NCBI GenBank assembly: GCA_003635185.1
Contig: PYJA01000138.1
Span: 43,820-107,819, forward strand
Source: Candidatus Poribacteria bacterium
GTDB taxonomy: Bacteria > Poribacteria > WGA-4E > WGA-3G
DNA length: 64,000 nt
Direction: 5' to 3'
Part shown: positions 16,401 through 25,070 of the stretch, piece by piece
Position numbering within the stretch: the stretch's first letter is position 1
How the letters are laid out: the number at the start of each line of letters is the position of its first letter
The notes under the pieces: generated by a model
Seen by the model: the letters and a program-made list of their open reading frames with translations, nothing else
Database searches by the model: none
What the model was told of the DNA's origin: nothing
Made by a program: the position numbers and the translations under genes

Positions 16401-17771
16401 TTGATGGCTGTTGAACTGAGAATGCTCCAAATGGATCAGACAATGACAAAGGGAAAAATCGGGAAATGGCTTGTGAAGGAAGGTGATACCGTGACAGAGG
16501 GGCAACCCCTGCTGGAAATAGAAACGGATAAGGTTGTCCATGAACAGGAATCGCCTGCTGATGGTGTTATTGCACAAATTCTTCCAGAAGAGGGCAGTGA
16601 TGTGCCTGTTAATGCATTGTTAGCGATTATCGCTGCACCGGGTGAAGCGGTTGAACGTGTTGAAGTGGATACCATGGTGGAAGCACAAGAGTCCGATGAA
16701 CCAGAGCAGGCTACCACCACACCTTCAGCACCAATTAAAACGCAACCTCAACCGACAACACCAGCAGCAAAAAACATTAAAGCATCACCAGCAGCAAAAC
16801 AACTTGCCGAAAAACTTACTATTGATCTCATGCAAGTGAAAGCCTCTGGTCCCGGTGGTCGTATTCTTGAAAGTGATATTCATCGCTATATTGAAACGAG
16901 AGGACCGACTCCAACTGAATCAACCCGTCTTAAAGCCTCACCACTCGCGCGCCGATTAGCGAAGGAATTTGGACTTGACCTCGCTTCAATTTCAGGTTCA
17001 GGTCCCGATGGCAGAATAGTCCGTGATGATGTATTGCAAGCCACCGATGAGATACCCACCCATGTATTTCGGACTGAACCTGCTGCTTCAGAAGTTATTG
17101 AACTCAGCGGCATCCGCAAAATCATTGCAGAACGCATGACAATGAGCGTTCAAACAAACGCAAGTGTAACACTTCACACCGAAGTTGACGCAACAACCCT
17201 TGTTGAATTACGCGGATTATTCAACGAAGAATTACAGAAGAGAGAAGTAAGTCTTACCTATACCGACCTGCTTGTGAAGATGGTTGCTATAGCCCTGCGG
17301 GAACATCGACCACTCAATGCTACACTCACAGACGAAGGGATTCACATGTTAGCAGATATTAACATCGGAGTTGCGGTTGCATTGGACGATGGTCTTGTCG
17401 TACCAGTTGTCCGCAATGCCGATCAGATCGGTTTGGCTGCTATCTCTGAACAGGTAAGAACTTTAGCTGAAAAGGCACGCAACAATCAACTTACACCCAG
17501 TGAACTGCAAGGCGGCACCTTTACCTTAACGAATCTTGGTAATTTTGGGATTGATGCGTTTACACCTATTATCAATCCACCTGAGTGTGCGATTCTTGGT
17601 GTAGGACGCATTGTCAAAAAGCCGGTTGTTCACAACGATGAAATCGTTATCCGGAGCATGTTGGCACTAAGTTTGACGTTTGATCATCGTGTTGTTGATG
17701 GGGCACCTGCTGCACAATTTTTACAAACAGTGTCTCAATATATTCAGAATCCATATCTATTACTTGTATAG
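16401..17771 (+). CDS. Dihydrolipoamide acyltransferase (E2 component of a 2-oxoacid dehydrogenase complex)
   Basis: Lipoyl domain (EIETDKV), two peripheral-subunit-binding domains (ASPAAKQLAEKLTIDL..GSGPGGRI; ASPLARRLAKEFGLDL..GSGPDGRI), catalytic domain with DHRVVDGA. Confidence 0.85.
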   Translation: MMAVELRMLQMDQTMTKGKIGKWLVKEGDTVTEGQPLLEIETDKVVHEQESPADGVIAQILPEEGSDVPVNALLAIIAAPGEAVERVEVDTMVEAQESDEPEQATTTPSAPIKTQPQPTTPAAKNIKASPAAKQLAEKLTIDLMQVKASGPGGRILESDIHRYIETRGPTPTESTRLKASPLARRLAKEFGLDLASISGSGPDGRIVRDDVLQATDEIPTHVFRTEPAASEVIELSGIRKIIAERMTMSVQTNASVTLHTEVDATTLVELRGLFNEELQKREVSLTYTDLLVKMVAIALREHRPLNATLTDEGIHMLADINIGVAVALDDGLVVPVVRNADQIGLAAISEQVRTLAEKARNNQLTPSELQGGTFTLTNLGNFGIDAFTPIINPPECAILGVGRIVKKPVVHNDEIVIRSMLALSLTFDHRVVDGAPAAQFLQTVSQYIQNPYLLLV

Positions 17772-17781
17772 GAAAATATTT

Positions 17782-18408
17782 ATGAAAAAATTGATCTGTT
17801 TACTCGTCTCATTATCTCTGTTCACAATTGGGTACGCGCAAGAAACAGGTTTGGATGACTTGCTCGCTTCTGATGTCAATAGGGATGGGACAGTAAATAT
17901 CCTTGATTTGACGTTTGTTGCTTCCCACTTTGGCGAAGTGCTTTCTGAAGATCAGCATCCTAATCCAGATGTGAACGGCGACGGAACCGTAAACATTCTT
18001 GACCTTACACTGGTCGCGAGCTACTTCGGTAAGTATTCTGGTATTCCGCTTGAATTAACCGATAAAACTTATGACAACATTGTGCGTAACACAAAACTCC
18101 CTATTTTGGTCGAATTTAAGTCTGATTCCTGAATCTACTGTATATTGATGAGGCCGGTGGTCTCTGAAATTGCATTAGAATATCGTGACGTTTTCGTCAT
18201 AGCAAAATTAGATGTGCACGACAATCCAGAAAAAACAGCAGCGTACCACATCCGAGGAACACCGACATATATCCTATTCTACGAAGGAAACATTGTGAAA
18301 ACAATTATCGGTGCGATGCCGAAGGAGAGATTGGTAAACCAGATTCTTGACGGGTTAGCTACGGTGATAGAACCACCACTCACACAGGAGCAGGCAGACG
18401 GCGAATAG
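17782..18408 (+). CDS. Secreted dockerin-thioredoxin fusion interrupted by one in-frame TGA (18130-18132) at the first Cys of the redox motif (UxxC); candidate selenoprotein, alternatively a pseudogene
   Basis: Signal peptide MKKLICLLVSLSLFTIGYAQE. Two dockerin-like repeats (DVNRDGTVNILDLTFVASHFG; DVNGDGTVNILDLTLVASYFG). Across the TGA, the region LTDKTYDNIVRNTKLPILVEFKSDS-U-IYCILMRPVVSEIALEY...IRGTPTYILFYEGNIV aligns residue-for-residue by eye with E. coli TrxA [43 protein letters not shown]...IRGIPTLLLFKNGEV. Same reading frame on both sides of the TGA. Confidence 0.45.
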
Positions 18409-20241
18409 TGCTGTCCATTGCCACACTTCTCGCGTGAGAGGTTGTATCAGATTTTTCTCGTTTACTCGTTCTTGTGAGTTTGATTCTATTTTAGGAAATG
18501 GGAGTGCGGATTCAGTAGCGTCAAGTAAATTAACAGCGAACCGTTCAAACGGAGAATCATCAACAAGGACGGCGTAAACTCCGATTTGGTCTGTTTCTGT
18601 GAACACTTCACTGTCTAATTCAACTGTGGTACTGTCAGGTTTTTTCACCTGAATATCGGATTTCTCTACAGGCGGTAAATCGATTTTCAAGTGTTCCCCT
18701 GTCCGAAATATTTGCCTTGTCCTGTCTGTTTGAATTGTAAGCGACTTTATAGGGGCAGCTCTGGATTCAAACCACGCTAAGCATCGGTACATAAATATCG
18801 GAACATCTGGAATAGTCGTAAGAAAAGAAGAAATTCCTGGATTGAACGCATCAAATTCAAAGACAAGAAATTGTCTGTTTGCTTCAGTACCAAGCCATAC
18901 TAACGCACCCTTTTCGGATTCAATAAGCGAATTTGCCCAGAGTGGCAATTCTCTTCGTACAGATTCTTTTACCTGTAATCCCATAATAGATACGTCCTGC
19001 ATAATCGGATGGGTTTTATTCTCTTTAATAACAGAAACCGGCGTTGTAACGATTTCAACAGAGGGATCTGTTATAAACGGCAATTCCGTTTGCGAATTGA
19101 TAACGATTATACTTTCTGTGCCGGAAAGGTTTAGAAAACCGTGTTTCGTAGGGATTCCACCGTGAAAAATGACGGCATCCGCATCACCCGGACCGTGGTA
19201 TTCATCTATAGAGACTGTCTGTAATTCAACATGATTTCCGTAACTTCTCAAAAGATCTGTTAGAAAAGGTTGATCTCTATCACTAACAAGCAGTATTCGG
19301 AATTGTTTTAGTGGGTTAAGGATTGCCCACGCGTTGTTGTCCAACTCAAAGTCATCAGCAACATCAATAAGGTGGAGGCTAATGGCTCTACCTTCCAATC
19401 TGTCCGCGTTGATAGAAAATAGAACATTTTTTACCTCTCCAGCAGGAATTACCAAAGTTTTTTCATCAATTGCTGTTCCACCTTCAAGTGCTAACGCAAT
19501 GTCTATTTTTCTCTCCGTCCCTGTCCAATTTTGGATACCCGCGAGAATTGTATATTGATTAGCAATTCTTTCCACACTGAATTGCACAATACCGATATTT
19601 TCTGCAGCATCCCCGACCGCGATTTTGCTAATAGGCACAGACGTATCCGGCAGATTTTCAAATGAATCGCTAATAAAAAAAATCTGATCATTCGGAGAGT
19701 CAGCATAACGCGTTGCATGATCAAACACTGATGTCAACTCACCAACTGCATGTGTTGACGCGATATTTTGCACGGCACGCCGAAGTTTAGCTTTATCTGT
19801 GGTAAATGCTTGTTGAATATAAGGTTTCGGAGCATGCGTTGCCATAAGCATCATGCCCCCACTTGCAGAAACCTGATTGATGTGTTTCAACACTTCCTGT
19901 TTTGCAAGTGCCAATCGGGTTTCTCCCATCTCCTGTGACTGCATACTTGCCGAATTGTCAACGATAAAGATTATTTTGCCATGAATTATACCGGGAATTT
20001 GTAACGCTGGACGCGCTACACTTATGATTATGACAAGTAAAAACAGACTTTGTAAAATTGGTAGGAGTAGATTCCGAAGACGTTGAAAAGGGACATTTGC
20101 TTTTTGATCCTCTGCACTTGCGCGCCAGAGCATCATACTCGGTACAACATAACGTTGTCGACGCAGCTTCAGAAAGTGCAGCGCAATTACGATAGGGATA
20201 ATTCCTAACAGATAAAACGCGACTGGGTTCAGGAAAGCCAT
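18355..20241 (-). CDS. BatA-like protein: N-terminal double-TM aerotolerance-type domain plus von Willebrand factor A domain
   Basis: N-terminus MAFLNPVAFYLLGIIPIVIALHFLKLRRQRYVVPSMMLW matches the BatA N-terminal motif. VWA MIDAS block IIFIVDNSASM. Confidence 0.65.
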   Translation of the reverse strand: MAFLNPVAFYLLGIIPIVIALHFLKLRRQRYVVPSMMLWRASAEDQKANVPFQRLRNLLLPILQSLFLLVIIISVARPALQIPGIIHGKIIFIVDNSASMQSQEMGETRLALAKQEVLKHINQVSASGGMMLMATHAPKPYIQQAFTTDKAKLRRAVQNIASTHAVGELTSVFDHATRYADSPNDQIFFISDSFENLPDTSVPISKIAVGDAAENIGIVQFSVERIANQYTILAGIQNWTGTERKIDIALALEGGTAIDEKTLVIPAGEVKNVLFSINADRLEGRAISLHLIDVADDFELDNNAWAILNPLKQFRILLVSDRDQPFLTDLLRSYGNHVELQTVSIDEYHGPGDADAVIFHGGIPTKHGFLNLSGTESIIVINSQTELPFITDPSVEIVTTPVSVIKENKTHPIMQDVSIMGLQVKESVRRELPLWANSLIESEKGALVWLGTEANRQFLVFEFDAFNPGISSFLTTIPDVPIFMYRCLAWFESRAAPIKSLTIQTDRTRQIFRTGEHLKIDLPPVEKSDIQVKKPDSTTVELDSEVFTETDQIGVYAVLVDDSPFERFAVNLLDATESALPFPKIESNSQERVNEKNLIQPLTREVWQWTALFAVCLLLCEWWFYHRS

Positions 20242-20282
20242 TTTTCAATATCGGGAGTTAAATCGACAGCACACAAATTAAC

Positions 20283-20469
20283 TGAAGTTTAAGTTATTAA
20301 TTCGGTAATGTGGCGAGGTTAGGAAACCTCGCCAGCAGCAGGTGTACATCTCTGCTAGCGAGGCGGGGAATGCCTAAAGACGAATGCGCGTATGGCATTC
20401 GCCATGATTCATACCGTTGATTTCTTCCTAACCTCGCTAAATTACCCAATTTATTTTTTAATCTTCATA
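20283..20469. mobile_element. Composite MITE, family D, second full copy
   Basis: Same TIR and internal palindromes as 14626-14789. Confidence 0.5.
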
Positions 20470-20506
20470 CAGATTGTGCTACATAAGTAGCAACTTGGGT
20501 TATAAG

Positions 20507-20947
20507 CTATTGAAGTAAAGGTGTGGACTGTGTTTCTTCGGGAGTAGGTGAAGATTCTCCATGCTCTCTTTCGTTGAGATTTTTGATAACCTCCTCCGCA
20601 TCCAATTTACCTACTTCACCATAATTTTGCAAACGCTCACAAGCTTCACGAACCTTATCATATTCGTCAAGTTCCAAATAGATGTTCGCCAAGTTCTTGT
20701 GCATTTCACGAAAAACGCCAGGCCAATTCCGTTCACCTTCCTTTTCAACAATGCGTGTCGCATTTTCTATAGCAGTGTCAACGATATTGTTAAGTTCTGC
20801 TTTTTCTGAGGCTGAAAAAGGAGCGTTTTCCTGTTTCCGTTTCTCGTTATAGGCACGCAAAGCACCTAAAGCTTTGTCACATTGGTTGTAAGTCTTTTCA
20901 ATGCTCAAGACACCTTCAAAGATTTTCGATAAAAACCCAAATTTCAT
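20507..20947 (-). CDS. Hypothetical protein
   Basis: 146-aa ORF, helical composition, no recognisable motif. Confidence 0.35.
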   Translation of the reverse strand: MKFGFLSKIFEGVLSIEKTYNQCDKALGALRAYNEKRKQENAPFSASEKAELNNIVDTAIENATRIVEKEGERNWPGVFREMHKNLANIYLELDEYDKVREACERLQNYGEVGKLDAEEVIKNLNEREHGESSPTPEETQSTPLLQ

Positions 20948-20980
20948 ATAAATAGGTCTCGTTGGTATAAGGGTATCAAA

Positions 20981-21760
20981 TTAAAAAGATTCTTTCAGTT
21001 GTCCCCAGGTAACTGCTAACTTGTTTTTCGCTTCCACAGCGAGGACACCAGCAACACCAAGTTCCATAGAAGCTTTAACCTCTTCCGCAGTCAACGCTTT
21101 TGAATAGATGACGACTTCATCAATAATCGCATCTTCCACCTTGTGGTGGTTTGGAGTTTCACCAGCACCAACGAAAATTTCTGCCTGTTTCCACTTCGGA
21201 AACTCTATGTTTTCGTCTTTTGAACCGATGAATTCGCCGTTAATGTATATTTTTCCATCTTTTCCATTAGCGACTAAAACATAGTGATACCATTCCTTTA
21301 GTTCAAATGTGAAGTTGCCGAGACTTTTGTCTTTGTGATGACCAGCATCCCAAAATGGCTTGAAGTCAGGATTCACCATAGTGCGAAATTCGCAACAATT
21401 TCCACCAGGCACTTCAATTGAGATAATACCACTATGATTTGCGTGACTATTCATGAAAAACCACGCTTCCATCGTAATTTGACCATTTTCACCAATCGGG
21501 ACAATAAAATCGTTAGCAGGACTCAATTGCACTACGCCGCCGTTTAGGTGGATCGCTTTTTTAAATTGACCATCAACGAGTTTACCGTTGCCAGTTAATT
21601 TAGCATCGTTCCCATTGCCAGAGTCGTCCTTGAATATGTCTCCATCAAGTTTATCAAAAGAGTAGTAAACTAAAATATCATCCTGTTCAACAGCATCAGT
21701 GAAACTAACAGCGAAAATTAACAGCGCTGCAAATCCTAACAAACATAAATTTCTAAGCAC
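20981..21760 (-). CDS. Secreted LamG/concanavalin-A-like lectin-fold domain protein
   Basis: Signal peptide MLRNLCLLGFAALLIFAVSFTDA. Laminin_G_3-like block (GQFKKAIHLNGGVVQL...ITMEAWFFMNS). Confidence 0.5.
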   Translation of the reverse strand: MLRNLCLLGFAALLIFAVSFTDAVEQDDILVYYSFDKLDGDIFKDDSGNGNDAKLTGNGKLVDGQFKKAIHLNGGVVQLSPANDFIVPIGENGQITMEAWFFMNSHANHSGIISIEVPGGNCCEFRTMVNPDFKPFWDAGHHKDKSLGNFTFELKEWYHYVLVANGKDGKIYINGEFIGSKDENIEFPKWKQAEIFVGAGETPNHHKVEDAIIDEVVIYSKALTAEEVKASMELGVAGVLAVEAKNKLAVTWGQLKESF

Positions 21761-21820
21761 GTTTTTTTGCCTCCTTCAAATTTTTAGTAAAATTATTGTA
21801 GCAGAAATATAGTACGGTGT

Positions 21821-21977
21821 CAACGTGAGCTTGAAAAAGTTTTCACCCGCAGCGTTCTCTGTTATTTTCGCAAAAAAAAACGGCACAACCTAACAGGTTA
21901 TGGGACAAAAGGACTGCTTTTGGACCCATGAAAAGTGTTTAAGAGCGAACCACATTTTTATTATCAAACTCACGTTA
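21821..21977. repeat. 157-bp repeat, family H, copy 2, inverted relative to 6818-6974
   Basis: Reverse complement of copy 1 at roughly 95% identity by eye. Confidence 0.6.
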
Positions 21978-22275
21978 AAACGAAATAAACGCTCCTCTTG
22001 AGTTTCCGTAGGAACGATATGTGGATACCAATGGCAAGTCTATAAACATATCGTCCGGACGGGACTGAAGAAGGTTTCCATGTTTAGAAAGTCCTTAAAT
22101 TGACACCTATGGGTTTCGCGTGCTTTACCCATAGGCATCAATTTAGTAGTTTTATACGAAGTCATATTGAGTAAAACATAAGGGTGTGATAAAATAGGGA
22201 AAGAAAAGGGATACTTTATGTCCCATTCTTTCCACTTCAGATACCTATTTACTTTGAGTTCTTAGCTCTTACTCA

Positions 22276-22731
22276 CTATGAGTTCATCAACATCAATAAT
22301 GAATTCCTCAAATTTTGCTTCTGTTTCCGCCGCGAAGGGCCAAAACCCGCTTTTTGCATTTGGTAAGAGTTCAACCAACCGCTTTCCAACCAGACGACTA
22401 AACCCCCGACAATTACCAATACCAGAATCAAAGGTTCAACACCATTATCAACACCATAACGTAGATATTCGCGCAGCGATTCACCTTGTTTGTGGTACGT
22501 TACACCGCTTGGCATGCCATCAGAAAATTCCAAATCCCAAGTTGAGTCAGCAAGCGAATCCTGAATGTGAGATGATGGAATCAGAGCGCAAAAGATGTAA
22601 CGCTTGCTATGTTCCTCTATATCTTTATCTACTTGATACACAGTGATCATATCATTTGATTTTAACTCGCGTTGCATTTCTGCTAATATATGCGCTTGTG
22701 AAAGCCGCTTTCTGTCTGCATTAATACTCAT
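22276..22731 (-). CDS. Hypothetical protein with C-terminal TM helix
   Basis: Start chosen at the ATG at 22731 with AAGGAGGG RBS. The opposite-strand ORF 22278-22646 is low-complexity and was rejected. Confidence 0.35.
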   Translation of the reverse strand: MSINADRKRLSQAHILAEMQRELKSNDMITVYQVDKDIEEHSKRYIFCALIPSSHIQDSLADSTWDLEFSDGMPSGVTYHKQGESLREYLRYGVDNGVEPLILVLVIVGGLVVWLESGWLNSYQMQKAGFGPSRRKQKQNLRNSLLMLMNS

Positions 22732-22861
22732 GATACCCTCCTTCTCAGCATTGGGTAGAATGTCTGTCTTTATCATACTACATTTTTTCCTTGCATTTCC
22801 AACTGAATATCGTCTAAACTAATGCATCAATACAAAGCATTTCTCGTAAGGAGATAACAAT

Positions 22862-23947
22862 ATGGCAGTACGAGTAGGTATAATTGGTACAGGTGGCATT
22901 TCACGTGCCCACCGGAGTACCTATGAAAAAGTAGGTGGTTTCGAGATTGTCGCGGTCTGCGACATCATCAAAAGTAAGGCAAACCAAGCCGCTGAAGAGT
23001 GGGGTGTCCCAAAAAAGAACGCCTTTTCAAGTTACAACAAGATGCTGGAGATGGATGATCTTGATGCTGTGAGTGTATGCACTTACAATCAAGGACATCG
23101 GCGACCAACGGTTGCAGCATTGAACGCAGGTAAACACGTTCTCTGTGAAAAACCGATGGCAGCAACGCTCTCAGATGCAACAGCGATGGTACGGGCAGCA
23201 AAGGAATCAGGCAAAATCTTACAAATCGGTCTCAATCCTACGTTTGATCCGAGGCTCCAATTTGCAAGGAAGGTCCATGACGAAGGATTACTCGGCGATA
23301 TCTATTACTCTGAATCCGCTGGGTGCAGACGACGCGGGAATCCCGGACATACCTTCATTTACAAAAAGACTGCGGGCGCGGGAGCAACCGTTGATATCGG
23401 TGTCTACAATATGCATAGATCGCTGTTTGCAATGGGATATCCGAAACCGGTGCGTGTGTCTGCAATTACTGAAGACTACATTTCAATGCAAGATCCAAGG
23501 TTCCAAGGTAAAATGGATGTAGAAGAGTTCAGCGTGGCATGGATCCGATTTGAAAATGGTGGTGTCATGGTGTTTAAAATCTCTTGGGCAGTGCATGCGA
23601 ACTCACTCGGTGGCAATTTTCATCTCGGTACAAAAGCAGGAATTTCTTTGGATGGACCTGTTATTTTTGCCGATGCATACACAGGTGATCTCAAGAAACT
23701 TGTCGAATCGGAGGGATTAACAGCGGAACCTGACCCACCGGAAGGCATGACGACTATCAATTTCTCCGGATTCCCTTCGTCTGATAACTGGGCGAAACAG
23801 ATGATCGCATTCCGTGAAGCCGTCAAGGCAGACGCGCCATCGCCAATATCGCCGGAGGGTGTACTCCTCACGAATGTGATTATGGATGGTATCTTTCGCT
23901 CACATGCAGCGGGCAAAGAGGTTGCGGTAAAAGTTCCTGAATTTTAG
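22862..23947 (+). CDS. Gfo/Idh/MocA-family oxidoreductase
   Basis: N-terminus MAVRVGIIGTGGISRAH and the EKP motif (LCEKPMA). Confidence 0.8.
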   Translation: MAVRVGIIGTGGISRAHRSTYEKVGGFEIVAVCDIIKSKANQAAEEWGVPKKNAFSSYNKMLEMDDLDAVSVCTYNQGHRRPTVAALNAGKHVLCEKPMAATLSDATAMVRAAKESGKILQIGLNPTFDPRLQFARKVHDEGLLGDIYYSESAGCRRRGNPGHTFIYKKTAGAGATVDIGVYNMHRSLFAMGYPKPVRVSAITEDYISMQDPRFQGKMDVEEFSVAWIRFENGGVMVFKISWAVHANSLGGNFHLGTKAGISLDGPVIFADAYTGDLKKLVESEGLTAEPDPPEGMTTINFSGFPSSDNWAKQMIAFREAVKADAPSPISPEGVLLTNVIMDGIFRSHAAGKEVAVKVPEF

Positions 23948-23990
23948 AATTCAACAGAAGTTTGTTGGCGAGGTCTTTGTGCCTCGCCAC

Positions 23991-25070
23991 TTAAGAAGGA
24001 CGGATAACAAAAATCTTTCCGCGTTTCCCACCTATATCTACGCTAACCCGTTGCATCGTTTTCAACGATGTTTGCTGTTTGAGAATTTTGTCTAAATGTG
24101 TGGATTGCAATGTTAACAGCACCATTTTACCGTTTGGCTTAAGCACAGTTTCAAACTGCATAAGAGACTTTCTGTAAAGGTTCGTAAGTTGATCGGTATT
24201 TTCGTTTTTTTCGGTTATCGGTAGGTTACACACAATTTTGTCAACAGAATTCGGGTGGAACGGTAGAGATTGTGTGTCCCAATGAAAAAATTGACGCGGT
24301 TGATGCTGTCTCCCAAAATTTCTTTGCGTAGCACGTAATGCATCTTCAGAAATATCTCCCCCGATGAGGTAATGATAGCGTCCGGCAAAAGCGCGCTCCA
24401 GCAGAATAGTACCCGCCCCACACATCGGATCCAAAAAAATATCATTCGGATGCGGCTGCGAAAGCCACACCATGCTGTATGCCAAAGTCGGTTTGATAGA
24501 TTGTGGTACGTGTGCTTGCTTATATGAACGTTGTGCCAAATCGGGTTTTGAGAGTTTGATACTGATATAAGCATCCTGACCATGCATCTCTACCCACACA
24601 TCTAACCTTGAACTTGATTGCGTCAATTGCCAACCTCGGTCAATCAGGACCCTTTCAACAACTTGATGTAAATCACGTTTTTGAAAATTACGGAACCCGG
24701 ACATCCGACTAATAACACGAAACGGTATCCGTCTCCGTATACTGAGCCCTACTTGCCGACAACACGCCAACGTTTCCCCAAAGTTGAACCGAGTGAGTGA
24801 TTGCCTTATAGCTGTTAAAGAACTACGGGAACGCGTCATGTTAGGAATATGTTTTATCACAACAAAAAGATGTTCCGCTGTCCGCAGTGATAGTAAATTT
24901 TTCGGATTGCCTAAGTATTGGAAAACGATTCGTTGCGGTTTCCGCATCAGGATTTTGAATTGTTCTGTATCGCCGAAACGCGCATTAATTTCTTGGCGAG
25001 CAATGTTTTCAAGGCCCGCAGTAACGAAAATGGAATAGATCATCAGAAGCCTTTCTATGGTTGTGTCCAA
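23991..25070 (-). CDS. THUMP-domain class I SAM-dependent RNA methyltransferase (RlmL/YpsC-like)
   Basis: N-terminal THUMP-like region, SAM motif I LDPMCGAGTIL, and catalytic NLPI(T) variant of the NPPY motif. Confidence 0.6.
   Translation of the reverse strand: MDTTIERLLMIYSIFVTAGLENIARQEINARFGDTEQFKILMRKPQRIVFQYLGNPKNLLSLRTAEHLFVVIKHIPNMTRSRSSLTAIRQSLTRFNFGETLACCRQVGLSIRRRIPFRVISRMSGFRNFQKRDLHQVVERVLIDRGWQLTQSSSRLDVWVEMHGQDAYISIKLSKPDLAQRSYKQAHVPQSIKPTLAYSMVWLSQPHPNDIFLDPMCGAGTILLERAFAGRYHYLIGGDISEDALRATQRNFGRQHQPRQFFHWDTQSLPFHPNSVDKIVCNLPITEKNENTDQLTNLYRKSLMQFETVLKPNGKMVLLTLQSTHLDKILKQQTSLKTMQRVSVDIGGKRGKIFVIRPS

Noticed and set aside
18145-18408. ORF-track ORF annotated as an independent 87-aa protein with TTG start (MMRPVVSEIA…)
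   Set aside because: It is in the same frame as the upstream dockerin ORF, separated only by TGA. Together they form one thioredoxin fold. A stand-alone fragment would lack the N-terminal half of the fold, so a readthrough/Sec or pseudogene interpretation is preferred.
22278-22646. 122-aa plus-strand ORF overlapping 22276-22731 (minus)
   Set aside because: Low-complexity, basic composition. The minus-strand ORF has an AAGGAGGG RBS and a TM helix.
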